From the NCBI GenBank assembly GCA_050250375.1, contig JBFWOS010000002.1:282980-346979 (forward strand): a DNA stretch of 64,000 nucleotides. The letters run 5' to 3'. A program made the translations under genes and the position numbers. The notes beneath the pieces were generated by a model. That model worked only from the letters and a program-made list of their open reading frames with translations. It was not told the origin of the DNA and ran no database searches. How positions within the stretch are numbered: the first letter of the stretch is position 1; each line of letters opens with the position of its first letter. Shown piece after piece: positions 27,217 through 37,422 of the stretch. Origin of the DNA: Candidatus Omnitrophota bacterium. Lineage in GTDB: Bacteria; Omnitrophota; Gorgyraeia; Zapsychrales; Zapsychraceae.

Positions 27217-28362
27217 ATGAAAAAAAACTGGATCAAATTTAATCGCAATGAATTTTCGGGAAGTATTGGTGATTTAGGAACCGATTTTCCTTTGATCACG
27301 GGGATGGTCCTCGCCGCTAATCTGGATGTCGTCAGCGTTTTTGTGATGTTCGGACTGATGCAGGTCCTGACCGGACTGATTTACGGTTTACCGATGCCGC
27401 TGCAGCCGTTAAAGGCCATGGCCGTTTTGGTTATTACCCAGAATATCCAGGCGCCGGTTTTATATGGAGCGGGTCTAGCCATTGGAGTTGTCATGCTCAT
27501 TTTAAGTATGTCGGGCCTTCTTGACTGGCTGGCGAAAATGATCCCGGCCTGTGTGGTTCGGGGAATTCAGTTCGGTCTGGGGTTGTCGCTGGCTTCGCTG
27601 GCGCTTAAGAAATACGTGCCGAGTATGGGCGGGGAAGGATATGTCCTGGCCGGCATTTGTTTTGTGATCATGGTCATTTTGTTGGGAAACCGGCGTTTTC
27701 CGCCCGGAGTTTTTGTGATCGGATTAGGTCTGCTGTACGCGGTTTTTTTTAAGGTGGATTTTCATGCGCTCGCCCAATCCGTGGGATTCAGCCGTCCGCA
27801 TTTTGTTGTTCCAACAGCGGGGGATATACTGACCGGATTTTTTATTTTAAGTCTTCCTCAATTACCTTTGTCCATTTCAAATTCTGTCATTGCGACCAAT
27901 AAAACAGTCCAGGATCTTTTTCCGGAACGAAAATTGTCGGTCAAGAAAATCGGGTTAACATATTCCGTCATCAACCTGATCCTGCCTTTTTTCAGAGGGA
28001 TTCCTGTCTGCCACGGCTGCGGGGGGTTAGCCGGCCATTATGCCTTGGGGGCGCGCACGGGAGGGTCGGTCATTATTTACGGATCCGTTTTTATCCTGAT
28101 CGGACTTTTGTTCAGCCAGGCGTTTCATCAAATCATTGATTTTTTTCCTCAGCCGGTGCTGGGGGTGGTGCTGATGTTTGAGGCCTTGACCCTGTTGCTT
28201 TTTATCCGGGATCAGACACAAAGCAAACGGGATACCGCGATCGCCCTGCTGGTGGCCCTGATCGCGATGACCCTGCCCCAGGGTTATATTGTCGGGCTGA
28301 TTGTCGGGACAATTTTATATTACGCTCACAAGAATTTTTATCGGGATGCCCCTTCCGTCTAA
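27217..28362 (+). CDS. MOT1-family (sulfate-permease-like) putative molybdate transporter
   Basis: MOT1 signature motifs PMPLQPLKAMAVL and PVCHGCGGLAGHYALGARTG. About 10 TM helices. Confidence 0.55.
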   Translation: MKKNWIKFNRNEFSGSIGDLGTDFPLITGMVLAANLDVVSVFVMFGLMQVLTGLIYGLPMPLQPLKAMAVLVITQNIQAPVLYGAGLAIGVVMLILSMSGLLDWLAKMIPACVVRGIQFGLGLSLASLALKKYVPSMGGEGYVLAGICFVIMVILLGNRRFPPGVFVIGLGLLYAVFFKVDFHALAQSVGFSRPHFVVPTAGDILTGFFILSLPQLPLSISNSVIATNKTVQDLFPERKLSVKKIGLTYSVINLILPFFRGIPVCHGCGGLAGHYALGARTGGSVIIYGSVFILIGLLFSQAFHQIIDFFPQPVLGVVLMFEALTLLLFIRDQTQSKRDTAIALLVALIAMTLPQGYIVGLIVGTILYYAHKNFYRDAPSV

Positions 28363-28400
28363 CTCAACAAAACCCAAACGGAAAAGAAGATAGACCAAGG

Positions 28401-29438
28401 CTATTTATTTTTTTTCAGCCGCTCCAGCCGCCAAATAATTCGCAGAACATACCCTCCCGGTTTTGTAAAAATAAAACGTTGCCAGACCATGTGGAAAAAA
28501 GATATGATCCGTTCCGGCCAGTAAGCCGAAACAGAGGCGGGAGGATTGGGTGAAGCGATAAATTTCTTAAGGGTGTCGGAAAACTTCTTGAAAAATATTT
28601 GATGGATATCCAGCCGGTTCGGGTCGGTGAGATTACTCATGGAAATGATCATCGGGTTGGTGTTGATCTCCCAGGTCTGGACACGTCCTTCGAGGATTCC
28701 AAAATCGATCCGTCCATACTGGATGCCGGCGGTTTTAAAGATGGTCAGCAGCTGATCCTGGTACGGATTGTTTTCCAGAAAATTTATTTCTTCAGAATGG
28801 AACGACGGCGTGAGATCTTTCTTTGAATATTTCAGGACCCAGTCATTCCCGAACAGGATATGACGGGGGATGATGACGCCGTCCATGATGAACGATGAAT
28901 ATTTGCGGAAGATCCCGTCGGAATCGGCCACGTCGCAATATTCCGTCACGAGCCATTCATCCATGTTTTCCCGTTCCGATTGGAGTCGGGCCACGGCCGC
29001 GCGCAGGTCCTGCGGCGAGCGGAGCAGTCCGGTCTGCGGCCCGCGGTGATCGTCGGCCCGACGCAGAAACACCGGAAAGCGGGCGCGGGAGAGGTCTTCA
29101 TCCATCCTGTAAACATTAAACGAATTTAATCCTTGATCATGCAGTTTCCGCAGCAGCGGGTAGCGGCTTAATGTCGTGTTGGGGTTGTTCAGGATTTTGT
29201 ATTGATCGGGCAAGCCGCCCAGTTTCCGGTAGATATCGAGCACGGAATCACGAAACGGAAGCCCCTTGAGCAGTTCAAGGTCACTGAAAATATAAAGCCC
29301 TTTGGGAAATGTCTTTTTCCGGACCAGGGACTGATAAGGGACCGGAAGTATGTTCCAGAAATGGACCCTTCCCCAAAGCGCGAGGTAATGGTTGATCGGA
29401 TTACGGTTCTTTCGGGTGAATAGATAATAGATCTGCAT
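28401..29438 (-). CDS. ATP-grasp-like domain protein of unknown substrate
   Basis: VTEYCDV...FIMDGVIIP and RIDFGILEGRVQTWEINTNP resemble ATP-grasp adenine-binding and Mg-binding segments. Confidence 0.35.
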   Translation of the reverse strand: MQIYYLFTRKNRNPINHYLALWGRVHFWNILPVPYQSLVRKKTFPKGLYIFSDLELLKGLPFRDSVLDIYRKLGGLPDQYKILNNPNTTLSRYPLLRKLHDQGLNSFNVYRMDEDLSRARFPVFLRRADDHRGPQTGLLRSPQDLRAAVARLQSERENMDEWLVTEYCDVADSDGIFRKYSSFIMDGVIIPRHILFGNDWVLKYSKKDLTPSFHSEEINFLENNPYQDQLLTIFKTAGIQYGRIDFGILEGRVQTWEINTNPMIISMSNLTDPNRLDIHQIFFKKFSDTLKKFIASPNPPASVSAYWPERIISFFHMVWQRFIFTKPGGYVLRIIWRLERLKKNK

Positions 29439-29440
29439 GG

Positions 29441-29893
29441 TTAGACCGTTTTGGGCCCGAACGTCTGGTTCGGTGTCCCCGGATAAAGGGAATAGTGGGT
29501 GTGTTTGGCCAGCCAGGCGCTTTGCGCCTCATCCCTGATCAGCAGGATCGTGACGCGTCCCAGGCGGGGGAAGGATGTTCCGTCCCGGTGGTATCCGGTT
29601 GACGTCCAGGGGGCCAGGACACAGGCAAATTTCTTGTCAGGGCTGAATTCACAGTGGAACTGGTCGGTCAGAAAATTAAAATCGGTAATGTTGGGCCAGA
29701 TCATTTTCCACTGCCGCTCAATCAGGTCATCCAGGCCTTCCAGGATTTCCGCCCGGCTGCCGAAGCAGTAAATATCTTCATAAAACATGGTCCGGCCCGC
29801 CGCGAAGTCTTTATTACGGACATGCAGGGCGAATTTCGTCAGCCATTTCCTGATTTCATCTATATATGTGTCCATCGTGAGCAAGGCGACCAT
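29441..29893 (-). CDS. SnoaL/NTF2-like fold hypothetical protein
   Basis: 150 aa. YxxxxDxxxLxxL...W spacing like SnoaL-like/DUF4440 proteins. Weak. Confidence 0.3.
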   Translation of the reverse strand: MVALLTMDTYIDEIRKWLTKFALHVRNKDFAAGRTMFYEDIYCFGSRAEILEGLDDLIERQWKMIWPNITDFNFLTDQFHCEFSPDKKFACVLAPWTSTGYHRDGTSFPRLGRVTILLIRDEAQSAWLAKHTHYSLYPGTPNQTFGPKTV

Positions 29894-29965
29894 TTTTTAA
29901 TTGCCATGGCTGAAAAGGTTAGGTAAGATAAGTTCAATCATTGATCACCGATTTCCTTATTATTC

Positions 29966-32089
29966 ATGAAATGGACTAAACCGCAAACAATTTTTTTAAT
30001 ATCAGCCCTGTTGATCATCAGTCTGGGCATTTTGATCTATTCCAATTCCCTCCACAACGGTTTTCATTTTGACGATATGTTTTTCATCGTGGACAAACCC
30101 AATATCCGGGACGTCCATAATATCCCGGCCATTTGGCACGCGCATTCGCATCCGGCGCGGTTTGTCGCTTTTTTTACCTTTGCCCTGAATTATCACTGGC
30201 ACCAGTACCGGGTCTTCGGGTACCATGTGTTTAATTTGAGCATCCATCTGATCAATGCCCTTTTGGTCTGGTGGATGGTCCATTTATTATTCTTGACCGG
30301 ACGGATGAAAGAGGACCCTCTCAATAAATTGAAAGGCTGGATCGCCTTGTTCGCGGCCTTGATCTTTGTGGCGCACCCGCTGCAGACCCAGGCGGTGACA
30401 TATCTTTCACAAAGGTTTGCCTCATTGTCCACGCTGTTTTATCTGGCCGGGGTGTGTTTTTATTTGAAGGCCAGGCTGGCCCGGACCAGGATCAGTGTTT
30501 TCTATTTTCTTGCGGCGGCGTTGTCGGCCGTTCTGGGGATGTACACCAAACAGATTGTTTTTACATTGCCGGTCATCCTGATCCTGATCGAATTGGTTTT
30601 TGTCCGCCCCCGGAAGATTCACTGGCCGGTCATCCTTGGCGTCGCCGGGTTCCTGCTGGTCGTCCCCGGGATTTTTTCATATAACCTGACGATCCTGAAT
30701 ATTCACCATATGTCCGAATCGCATGAGGGGGACAAACTCACGCCGCTGGTCTATTTTTTGACCCAGATGCCGGTATTGATCACGTATCTTCGGCTGCTCC
30801 TGGTGCCCATCGGGCAAAACCTGGATTATGATTTTCCGGCGTACACCAGCTTTTTGGTGCCGCAGGTCTTTGTCCCTTTTATTTTGCTGGCCGTTCTGTT
30901 TGGTTGGTCGATCGTTCTGCTGAAACGAAACAGGCTGATGGCGTTCGGCATCCTGTGGTTTTTTGTGACGATCAGCGTGGAGTCGTCATTCATCACGATT
31001 AAAAATGTGATCTTTGAGCACCGGATGTACCTGCCGATGGCCGGTGTTTCCGTATTTCTTTCCGTCATGCTTTTCAGGGCGGTTCGGAATGCCAGAACCG
31101 CCATTGTCTTGTTGTGCGTGATCGTCTCGGTATTGGGCCTGTTGACCTACCAGCGTAATTTTATCTGGAAGGACGGGATCACGCTGTGGACCGATGTGCT
31201 CAAGAAGTCTCCGCACAAGTCGCGGCCGCATATCAGCCTGGCGATCGCGTATATCCAGGACGAACGCTTTGATGAGGCACTGGACCATCTAAACATCGCC
31301 ATCGCCTTGGCCCCGGAAGACTTTAAGGCTTATAATAACCGCGGACTGATTTTGACCAAAAAAGGATATTATAGGGAAGCGATTGAAGAATACAACCGGG
31401 CGATTGCCTTGAATCCGGACAATCCGGTCAGTTACAACAACCGCGGTGACGCTTACCGGGAAATCGGCCTCAATCAGCGGGCGTATGAGGATTATGGCCG
31501 GGCCATCCGTCTGAACCCTTATTACGCCCAGGCGTATATCAACCGCGGCGTGTTTTACGGAAAGAATGAACAATATGACCTGGCCCTGGCTGATTTCGTT
31601 ACGGCCATCAAGATCAACCCGACCCTGCCGGAATCGTACAACAACCGCGGGATCGTTTATCAGCAGAAGAAAATGTATGACCTGGCTGAATCGGATTTTA
31701 ACCAGGCGCTTAAGATCAAACCGGGTTATGCTGATGCGTTATATAACCGGGGCAATGTTTACAAGGACCTCGGCCAATTTGTTGAAGCGCTGAATGACTA
31801 TAATAATGCGTTAAAAATTAGAATTAATTATCCGCAGGTGTATAATAACCGAGGTATTATTTACGGCAATAACGGAAAAAACAACCAGGCGCTGGAAGAT
31901 TTCAACAAGGCGATCGAGTATGACCCGAATTATTCCGCCGCCTATTTTAACCGCTCCATCGTGCATTTGAAGCGGGGGGCTTATCAGGACGCCCTGGCCG
32001 ACACATTAAAGGCCAGGGAACTGGGAAAATCCGTGGATGAATTGTATGTCCGGCGGATCAAATCACTTATTAAACCACAAACAGAGTAG
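29966..32089 (+). CDS. multi-pass membrane protein with C-terminal TPR repeats (TMTC/PMT-like GT-C architecture)
   Basis: About 11 TM helices over 400 aa. At least 8 TPR repeats (AYNNRGLIL..., AYINRGVFY..., SYNNRGIVY...). Confidence 0.5.
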   Translation: MKWTKPQTIFLISALLIISLGILIYSNSLHNGFHFDDMFFIVDKPNIRDVHNIPAIWHAHSHPARFVAFFTFALNYHWHQYRVFGYHVFNLSIHLINALLVWWMVHLLFLTGRMKEDPLNKLKGWIALFAALIFVAHPLQTQAVTYLSQRFASLSTLFYLAGVCFYLKARLARTRISVFYFLAAALSAVLGMYTKQIVFTLPVILILIELVFVRPRKIHWPVILGVAGFLLVVPGIFSYNLTILNIHHMSESHEGDKLTPLVYFLTQMPVLITYLRLLLVPIGQNLDYDFPAYTSFLVPQVFVPFILLAVLFGWSIVLLKRNRLMAFGILWFFVTISVESSFITIKNVIFEHRMYLPMAGVSVFLSVMLFRAVRNARTAIVLLCVIVSVLGLLTYQRNFIWKDGITLWTDVLKKSPHKSRPHISLAIAYIQDERFDEALDHLNIAIALAPEDFKAYNNRGLILTKKGYYREAIEEYNRAIALNPDNPVSYNNRGDAYREIGLNQRAYEDYGRAIRLNPYYAQAYINRGVFYGKNEQYDLALADFVTAIKINPTLPESYNNRGIVYQQKKMYDLAESDFNQALKIKPGYADALYNRGNVYKDLGQFVEALNDYNNALKIRINYPQVYNNRGIIYGNNGKNNQALEDFNKAIEYDPNYSAAYFNRSIVHLKRGAYQDALADTLKARELGKSVDELYVRRIKSLIKPQTE

Positions 32090-32097
32090 ACCACACC

Positions 32098-34299
32098 ATG
32101 CATGAAAATCATCTGAAGAAAATCTCCCAGGAATTAAAAATTGCACACGACAAAGTCGAAGCGACGGCCCGGCTTTTAGACGACGGAGCTACTGTCCCGT
32201 TTCTGTCCCGTTACCGCAAGGAGGTCACCGGAAACCTTGATGAAGTCGCGATCACCGGTATCCGTGACCGTTTGGCTCAGTTAAGGGAAATGGACAAACG
32301 CCGGGCGACCATCCTGACTTCCATCCAGCAGCAGGGGAAATTAACGGATGAGTTGAAGAAAAAGATTGAACAGGCCGAGACCATCGCCGTGCTGGAAGAT
32401 ATTTATCTGCCGTATAAACCCAAACGCCGAACCAAGGCTACCGTGGCCAAGGAAAAAGGTCTTGAGCCTCTGGCCAAATTGATCTTTGATCAGCTCGGTA
32501 TGGATACCAAAGAACTCGAAGAGGAAGCGGCTAAATTTGTCACCAAAGGCAAAGTGATCGAGGTCAAAGCTGACCCGGCAGAGTCTAAAGATAAAAAAGA
32601 TGATGCCAAAGATAAGGTCGTCAATGATACGGAAGAGGCCCTGGCCGGCGCGCGTGATATTATCGCCGAGTGGATCAGTGAAGACGCCAAGGCCCGCGCG
32701 CAGCTGCGCGCGGTTTACCAGGAAGAAGCGAGGATTTCCTCCCGGCTGGTGCGCGGGAAAGAACAGGAAGGGGTCAAGTTCAGGGATTATTTTGACTGGG
32801 AAGAGCGGGCCAGCACCACCCCGTCCCACCGCATGCTCGCGGTCCGGCGGGGAGAAAAGGAAAAATTCCTGATGGTCCGGATGACGGTTTCGGCGGACAA
32901 GGCGGTGGCACTGCTGGATTCGCTGTTTGTTAAAGGCAACGGCGCGGATTCCCGCCAGGTCAAGATGGCGACGGCCGACAGTTTTAAAAGGCTGCTGGAC
33001 CCGTCGCTGGAAACAGAACTTCGCCTGGAATTGAAGAAGAAGGCGGATGAAGCGGCGATCCAGATTTTTGCCAGCAACCTGAGGGAACTCTTGATGGCAG
33101 CCCCGCTCGGGGACAAAAATGTCATGGCCGTCGATCCCGGCCAGCGCACGGGCTGTAAAGTTGTGTGCCTGGACAAACAGGGAAAACTGCTGATCAACGA
33201 CACGATTTATCTGGTCGGCACGGAAAAACAGAAAGAACAGGCCGCCGGGACGATCGTTAATCTCTGCAAAAAATATAATACGGAAATCATCGCGGTGGGA
33301 AACGGGACCGCCTCGCGTGAGACCGAACAGTTCTTAAAAAGCCTTGAGCTCCCGAACAAAATCCCGGTGGTGATGGTCTCGGAAAGCGGCGCGTCGATTT
33401 ATTCGGCTTCGGATGTTGCCCGGGAAGAATTTCCGGATTATGACGTAACCGTGCGTGGCGCGGTGTCGATCGGACGCCGGCTGATGGACCCGCTGGCGGA
33501 ACTGGTCAAGATCGACCCGAAGAACATCGGGGTCGGACAGTACCAGCATGATGTCGATCAAAACCTGCTCAAGAAATGCCTGGATGACGTGGTGATCAGC
33601 TCGGTCAACCAGGTCGGGGTTGAGGTGAATACGGCGAGCAAACAATTATTGATGTATGTGTCCGGGCTCGGGCCGGCCAGGGCCCAGACGATCATCGACC
33701 ACCGCAACGCCAACGGTCCGTTCCAGTCGCGGGAAGAATTCAGGTCGATCACCGGACTGGGCGCCAAGGCATTTGAACAGGCTGCCGGTTTCCTGCGGAT
33801 CCGCAACGCTCCCAACCCGCTGGATTCAAGCGGAGTCCATCCGGAGACATATCCGATTGTTGACCGCATGGCCAGGGATCTGGGCTGTCAGCTGAAAGAT
33901 TTGATGACCAACGACGGGCTGCGCAACAAAATTGACCTGAATAAATACGCGACGGAAACGGTCGGCCTGCCGACCTTACGGGATATCAAGGAAGAACTCG
34001 CCAAGCCCGGCCGGGATCCGCGTGAACCGTTCCAGTTGTTTTCTTTTAAGGAAGGGGTTGAGACGATCAATGATTTAAGGGAAGGGATGAAACTTTCCGG
34101 GGTTGTCACCAACATCACGGCCTTCGGCGCGTTTGTGGATATCGGCGTTCACCATGACGGATTGATCCACATCAGCGAATTGTCCGACCGGTTTGTCCGC
34201 GATCCGCATGAAGTCGTCAAGGTCCATCAGAAGATCAACGTGACGGTCCTGCAAATCGACATGGAACGCATGCGCATCGCTTTATCGGCGAAGAAGTAG
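32098..34299 (+). CDS. tex: transcription accessory protein Tex (YqgF/RNase H-like, HhH, S1 domains)
   Basis: Conserved Tex N-terminus (LDDGATVPFLSRYRKE). YqgF-like segment. C-terminal S1 domain (GVVTNITAFGAFVDIG). Confidence 0.85.
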   Translation: MHENHLKKISQELKIAHDKVEATARLLDDGATVPFLSRYRKEVTGNLDEVAITGIRDRLAQLREMDKRRATILTSIQQQGKLTDELKKKIEQAETIAVLEDIYLPYKPKRRTKATVAKEKGLEPLAKLIFDQLGMDTKELEEEAAKFVTKGKVIEVKADPAESKDKKDDAKDKVVNDTEEALAGARDIIAEWISEDAKARAQLRAVYQEEARISSRLVRGKEQEGVKFRDYFDWEERASTTPSHRMLAVRRGEKEKFLMVRMTVSADKAVALLDSLFVKGNGADSRQVKMATADSFKRLLDPSLETELRLELKKKADEAAIQIFASNLRELLMAAPLGDKNVMAVDPGQRTGCKVVCLDKQGKLLINDTIYLVGTEKQKEQAAGTIVNLCKKYNTEIIAVGNGTASRETEQFLKSLELPNKIPVVMVSESGASIYSASDVAREEFPDYDVTVRGAVSIGRRLMDPLAELVKIDPKNIGVGQYQHDVDQNLLKKCLDDVVISSVNQVGVEVNTASKQLLMYVSGLGPARAQTIIDHRNANGPFQSREEFRSITGLGAKAFEQAAGFLRIRNAPNPLDSSGVHPETYPIVDRMARDLGCQLKDLMTNDGLRNKIDLNKYATETVGLPTLRDIKEELAKPGRDPREPFQLFSFKEGVETINDLREGMKLSGVVTNITAFGAFVDIGVHHDGLIHISELSDRFVRDPHEVVKVHQKINVTVLQIDMERMRIALSAKK

Positions 34300-34656
34300 T
34301 CGGATTTTGTCGAGCAGCTGTTCAATCTCAAAAGGTTTGATGAGGTAATCGTCCGGTTTCAGAAGACGGGGGTTGCCGCCGGTCGGGGTTTTCATCAGGG
34401 CCTGGGCGGTGCACATCAGGACCGGGATTTTTTGGGTGGATTCGGCGGATTTCCATCGGTGCACGATCACATCACCGTTTTCCCCCGGGAGCCGGTAATC
34501 AATGATGATCAGATCAGGTTTCTGGCGGGCGACCGCTTCGAGCGCCGCTTCTCCGGATACGACGCTTAAGACATTGAAACCCCGTTTGGCCAGGACATCC
34601 GCTGTCAGTCTGACCACCTCGGCTTCATCATCTACGATCAGGATTGTTTTTTTCAT
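34282..34656 (-). CDS. single-domain response regulator (CheY-like receiver)
   Basis: ILIVDDE...DLIIIDYRLPGENG with a conserved Lys. Convergent with tex and overlaps its 3' end. Confidence 0.75.
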   Translation of the reverse strand: MKKTILIVDDEAEVVRLTADVLAKRGFNVLSVVSGEAALEAVARQKPDLIIIDYRLPGENGDVIVHRWKSAESTQKIPVLMCTAQALMKTPTGGNPRLLKPDDYLIKPFEIEQLLDKIRLLLRR

Positions 34657-34732
34657 GGAATGAACTCCGGATTATTTTACTGCGTCCTGGCGTTAAACCC
34701 AATAAGAAAATCCAATGGTTTGAAAAGGAAAA

Positions 34733-36373
34733 GTGTTGTTCCCGTTTAATATCATAAAGAGAAGCTATGAGCATAAAGTCGACGCAACCGGTTTAGCCGT
34801 GTTTCGGATCGTTTACGGAGTGACCCTGTTTCTCCAGATTTTATATTTGAGTTATTTTCAGAAACTGATATTTGTATATCATACATCTTCCCATCGGATC
34901 GTGCTCATCCTTTGGCTCTTTGTTTCATTTTTACTGATCATCGGATGGAAGACAAGAATGGCGGCTATAATTAACTATCTTTACTCCATCCTGGTCCTCA
35001 ATAGTTTATACGGTGATAACCGGTATGTTTACGATTACGATAAGATTATGATCGCGGCTAATTTTCTTCTGATGTTTCTGCCTGTTTCCCGGGTGCTGTC
35101 TGTTGATCATTGGATCAAAGGACGAAGGCCTGACAGCCGGGAGGATACGGATACCAGCATTTCAATTTTATTTTATTACATCCCCATGTTTTTATGTTTG
35201 GGTATTCCATACATTGACTCGGTTTATCACAAATTATTATCCATGAATTGGTTGACCGGAGTCGGGATCTGGATCCCCATGTCCATGCCGCAGATGACAT
35301 GGCCGCCTTTCTGGGACTTCTCTCTGGTCTTGAATAACCGGCTTATTTCCGACATCATGAATTATCTGACGATGCTGTTTGAATTGACATTTATTTTTAC
35401 GTTTTGGTTCAGGCGGATGCGGCTGATTTTATTTGTGATCGGTATAGGTTTTCACATCGGCATCCTGCTTATATTTCCGATCCCGGTCTTTGCGCTGGGT
35501 TGTGCTTCATTCTATATTCTTCTTCTGCCTCAGGAATGGTGGAGAAAGCTGGTTCCGGGACATAAAATCACGAATTCTACTGGATCGGGCGAAGCCAAAA
35601 ACAAAAACACGAAAGTTTCCTTACCCAAGGATTCCCGAAAAATATATCTGATCGCATCATTTTTTATTCTAAGCACCTGCATGCAATTGGGATATTTCTT
35701 TGATTATGTATTTGATTATAATTATGGCGGAAAACCGGTTTTGATCAACTATAAACATGATTTTACGAAGAAACAATGGAAGATGATCGACGGCCTGATC
35801 ACGATAAATAAATATTTGCTGCCTGTTTACAAGTCTTTTTTCGGGATCGGTCCCCATGATGTCATGCTGGATAATCAATGTGAAGACTACGACCTGATCT
35901 GGGCCGTTGTATATACGGACCGGGAGGGCAGGGAGCAATGGTTGCCGATTATTAACAAGGACGGACACCCGGGCTTTTACGCGATGGATCGGGGCTGGTC
36001 CAAATGGACCCATTATGTGCGACGATGCCATATGCTGAGCAGTAATAGGGGGGTTATCGCGTATAAAAACCGCAGAAAGAACTACTCCGTAAAAAGTTTA
36101 AAGCTGGAATCTTCTTCCCGGGATGTTAAACCCGTTTTAGTCAGGTTTATCGAGTTTTGGTGTTCTAAGAACGACGTCCAATGTGAAACCGGCCAGTTTA
36201 CACTTAAAGAGCGGGGTGTGATCGCCAGTCGTTCCTGGCAACATAATATTCTTAAGAAGCAAAAGAATTTTTCCTGGGCCGATATCGGAGACATTCACGT
36301 TACGGCGGATAACATTGTGGTGGACATTTATAAGGAACACTTTGGCGAACACCTGGAATTTCAAAGAGATTAA
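34733..36373 (+). CDS. HTTM-domain integral membrane protein (second paralog)
   Basis: N-terminal TGLAVFRIVYGVTLFLQILYL pattern. Multi-TM. About 250-aa C-terminal soluble domain. Confidence 0.5.
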   Translation: MLFPFNIIKRSYEHKVDATGLAVFRIVYGVTLFLQILYLSYFQKLIFVYHTSSHRIVLILWLFVSFLLIIGWKTRMAAIINYLYSILVLNSLYGDNRYVYDYDKIMIAANFLLMFLPVSRVLSVDHWIKGRRPDSREDTDTSISILFYYIPMFLCLGIPYIDSVYHKLLSMNWLTGVGIWIPMSMPQMTWPPFWDFSLVLNNRLISDIMNYLTMLFELTFIFTFWFRRMRLILFVIGIGFHIGILLIFPIPVFALGCASFYILLLPQEWWRKLVPGHKITNSTGSGEAKNKNTKVSLPKDSRKIYLIASFFILSTCMQLGYFFDYVFDYNYGGKPVLINYKHDFTKKQWKMIDGLITINKYLLPVYKSFFGIGPHDVMLDNQCEDYDLIWAVVYTDREGREQWLPIINKDGHPGFYAMDRGWSKWTHYVRRCHMLSSNRGVIAYKNRRKNYSVKSLKLESSSRDVKPVLVRFIEFWCSKNDVQCETGQFTLKERGVIASRSWQHNILKKQKNFSWADIGDIHVTADNIVVDIYKEHFGEHLEFQRD

Positions 36374-36449
36374 TCAGTGGCCATCAGCCCGGGTGGTCCC
36401 CTATCCTTTGTTTCCGGTTTTAAGGGCGGATACCGGCAGGTCTTAACGA

Positions 36450-37415
36450 TTAACGATCCGGTTTCCGGGAAAGGATTATTGAATTAATATCGTCAGCCAG
36501 TTTTTCAGAAATGACTTTTGCTCCAAGGATATTGGTGTGCTGGAAGTCATAAAAATTGTTTTGATTGTTTGTCATTGGATGGCTGAAGTAATTTAGATAT
36601 GGAAGGTTGTTTTCCCTGGCGATTTCTTCATACGCCGACAGGATTTCGTCTTTGTTGGTAAATAATTCCCTGCCTTCGACGTACATGGGGGCCGTGACGA
36701 GAATAAGTTTAATATTGTTTTCACGGCACGTTCGGATCAGCATTTTTAAATTTTCAAGTCCTTCGGTAGATAAAGCCCCGGTAATCCCGTCTTTATGCAT
36801 GTTTTTAAATTGCTGAATATCAAGATTCCAAAACGAATAGACCGGAAGATAACCATTTATCCGCGTGTCCGAAGGATTGGGGGCGAACAAATCATCCACG
36901 ATATTTAAAGACCTTCTTATCCTGAAATAAGAAAACCCGTACAGCGGGAGCAGTTTGGCCTTTACAAAGATGTCTTTATTTTCTGTTTGCCGTAATGCGG
37001 AATACAACTCAATTTCATTCAGGAACGGGACAAATTGGAGAGGATTCGAAGGCGTTGACAATTCGAGCGTACTTCGCCCGAGGACCTGGATCAGGACTTT
37101 GGGGTGTTTGTTGTACTTTAGCAATAATCTAAGCCGGGCCAGCTGAATATCAATCAGATTTCCATTAACCGAAAGGTTGAAACAGGACAGCTGTGTGACA
37201 GCGCTGATGACCCGGCAATCATAAGCAGTTAACGCCCTGGAATCACCTGAAATAACCAGATCCGCATTGATCGTTCCATGAACGACTTTATTCCATATTC
37301 CGATCTCTTCATTATCAAATCGCCGGAAGGCTGAAAGGAAGCCGTAGTGGATCATGAAAGCAATCCCGCTAAACACGGCCATAAACAAGATGACTTTAAT
37401 AATATTGTTTTTCAT
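36450..37415 (-). CDS. membrane-anchored SGNH/GDSL-like hydrolase, DltD/AlgJ-type partner of the MBOAT
   Basis: N-terminal TM helix. Block I VISGDSRA. C-terminal DFQHTN (block V D-x-x-H). Directly downstream of the MBOAT. Confidence 0.5.
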   Translation of the reverse strand: MKNNIIKVILFMAVFSGIAFMIHYGFLSAFRRFDNEEIGIWNKVVHGTINADLVISGDSRALTAYDCRVISAVTQLSCFNLSVNGNLIDIQLARLRLLLKYNKHPKVLIQVLGRSTLELSTPSNPLQFVPFLNEIELYSALRQTENKDIFVKAKLLPLYGFSYFRIRRSLNIVDDLFAPNPSDTRINGYLPVYSFWNLDIQQFKNMHKDGITGALSTEGLENLKMLIRTCRENNIKLILVTAPMYVEGRELFTNKDEILSAYEEIARENNLPYLNYFSHPMTNNQNNFYDFQHTNILGAKVISEKLADDINSIILSRKPDR

Positions 37416-37422
37416 TTTGACC

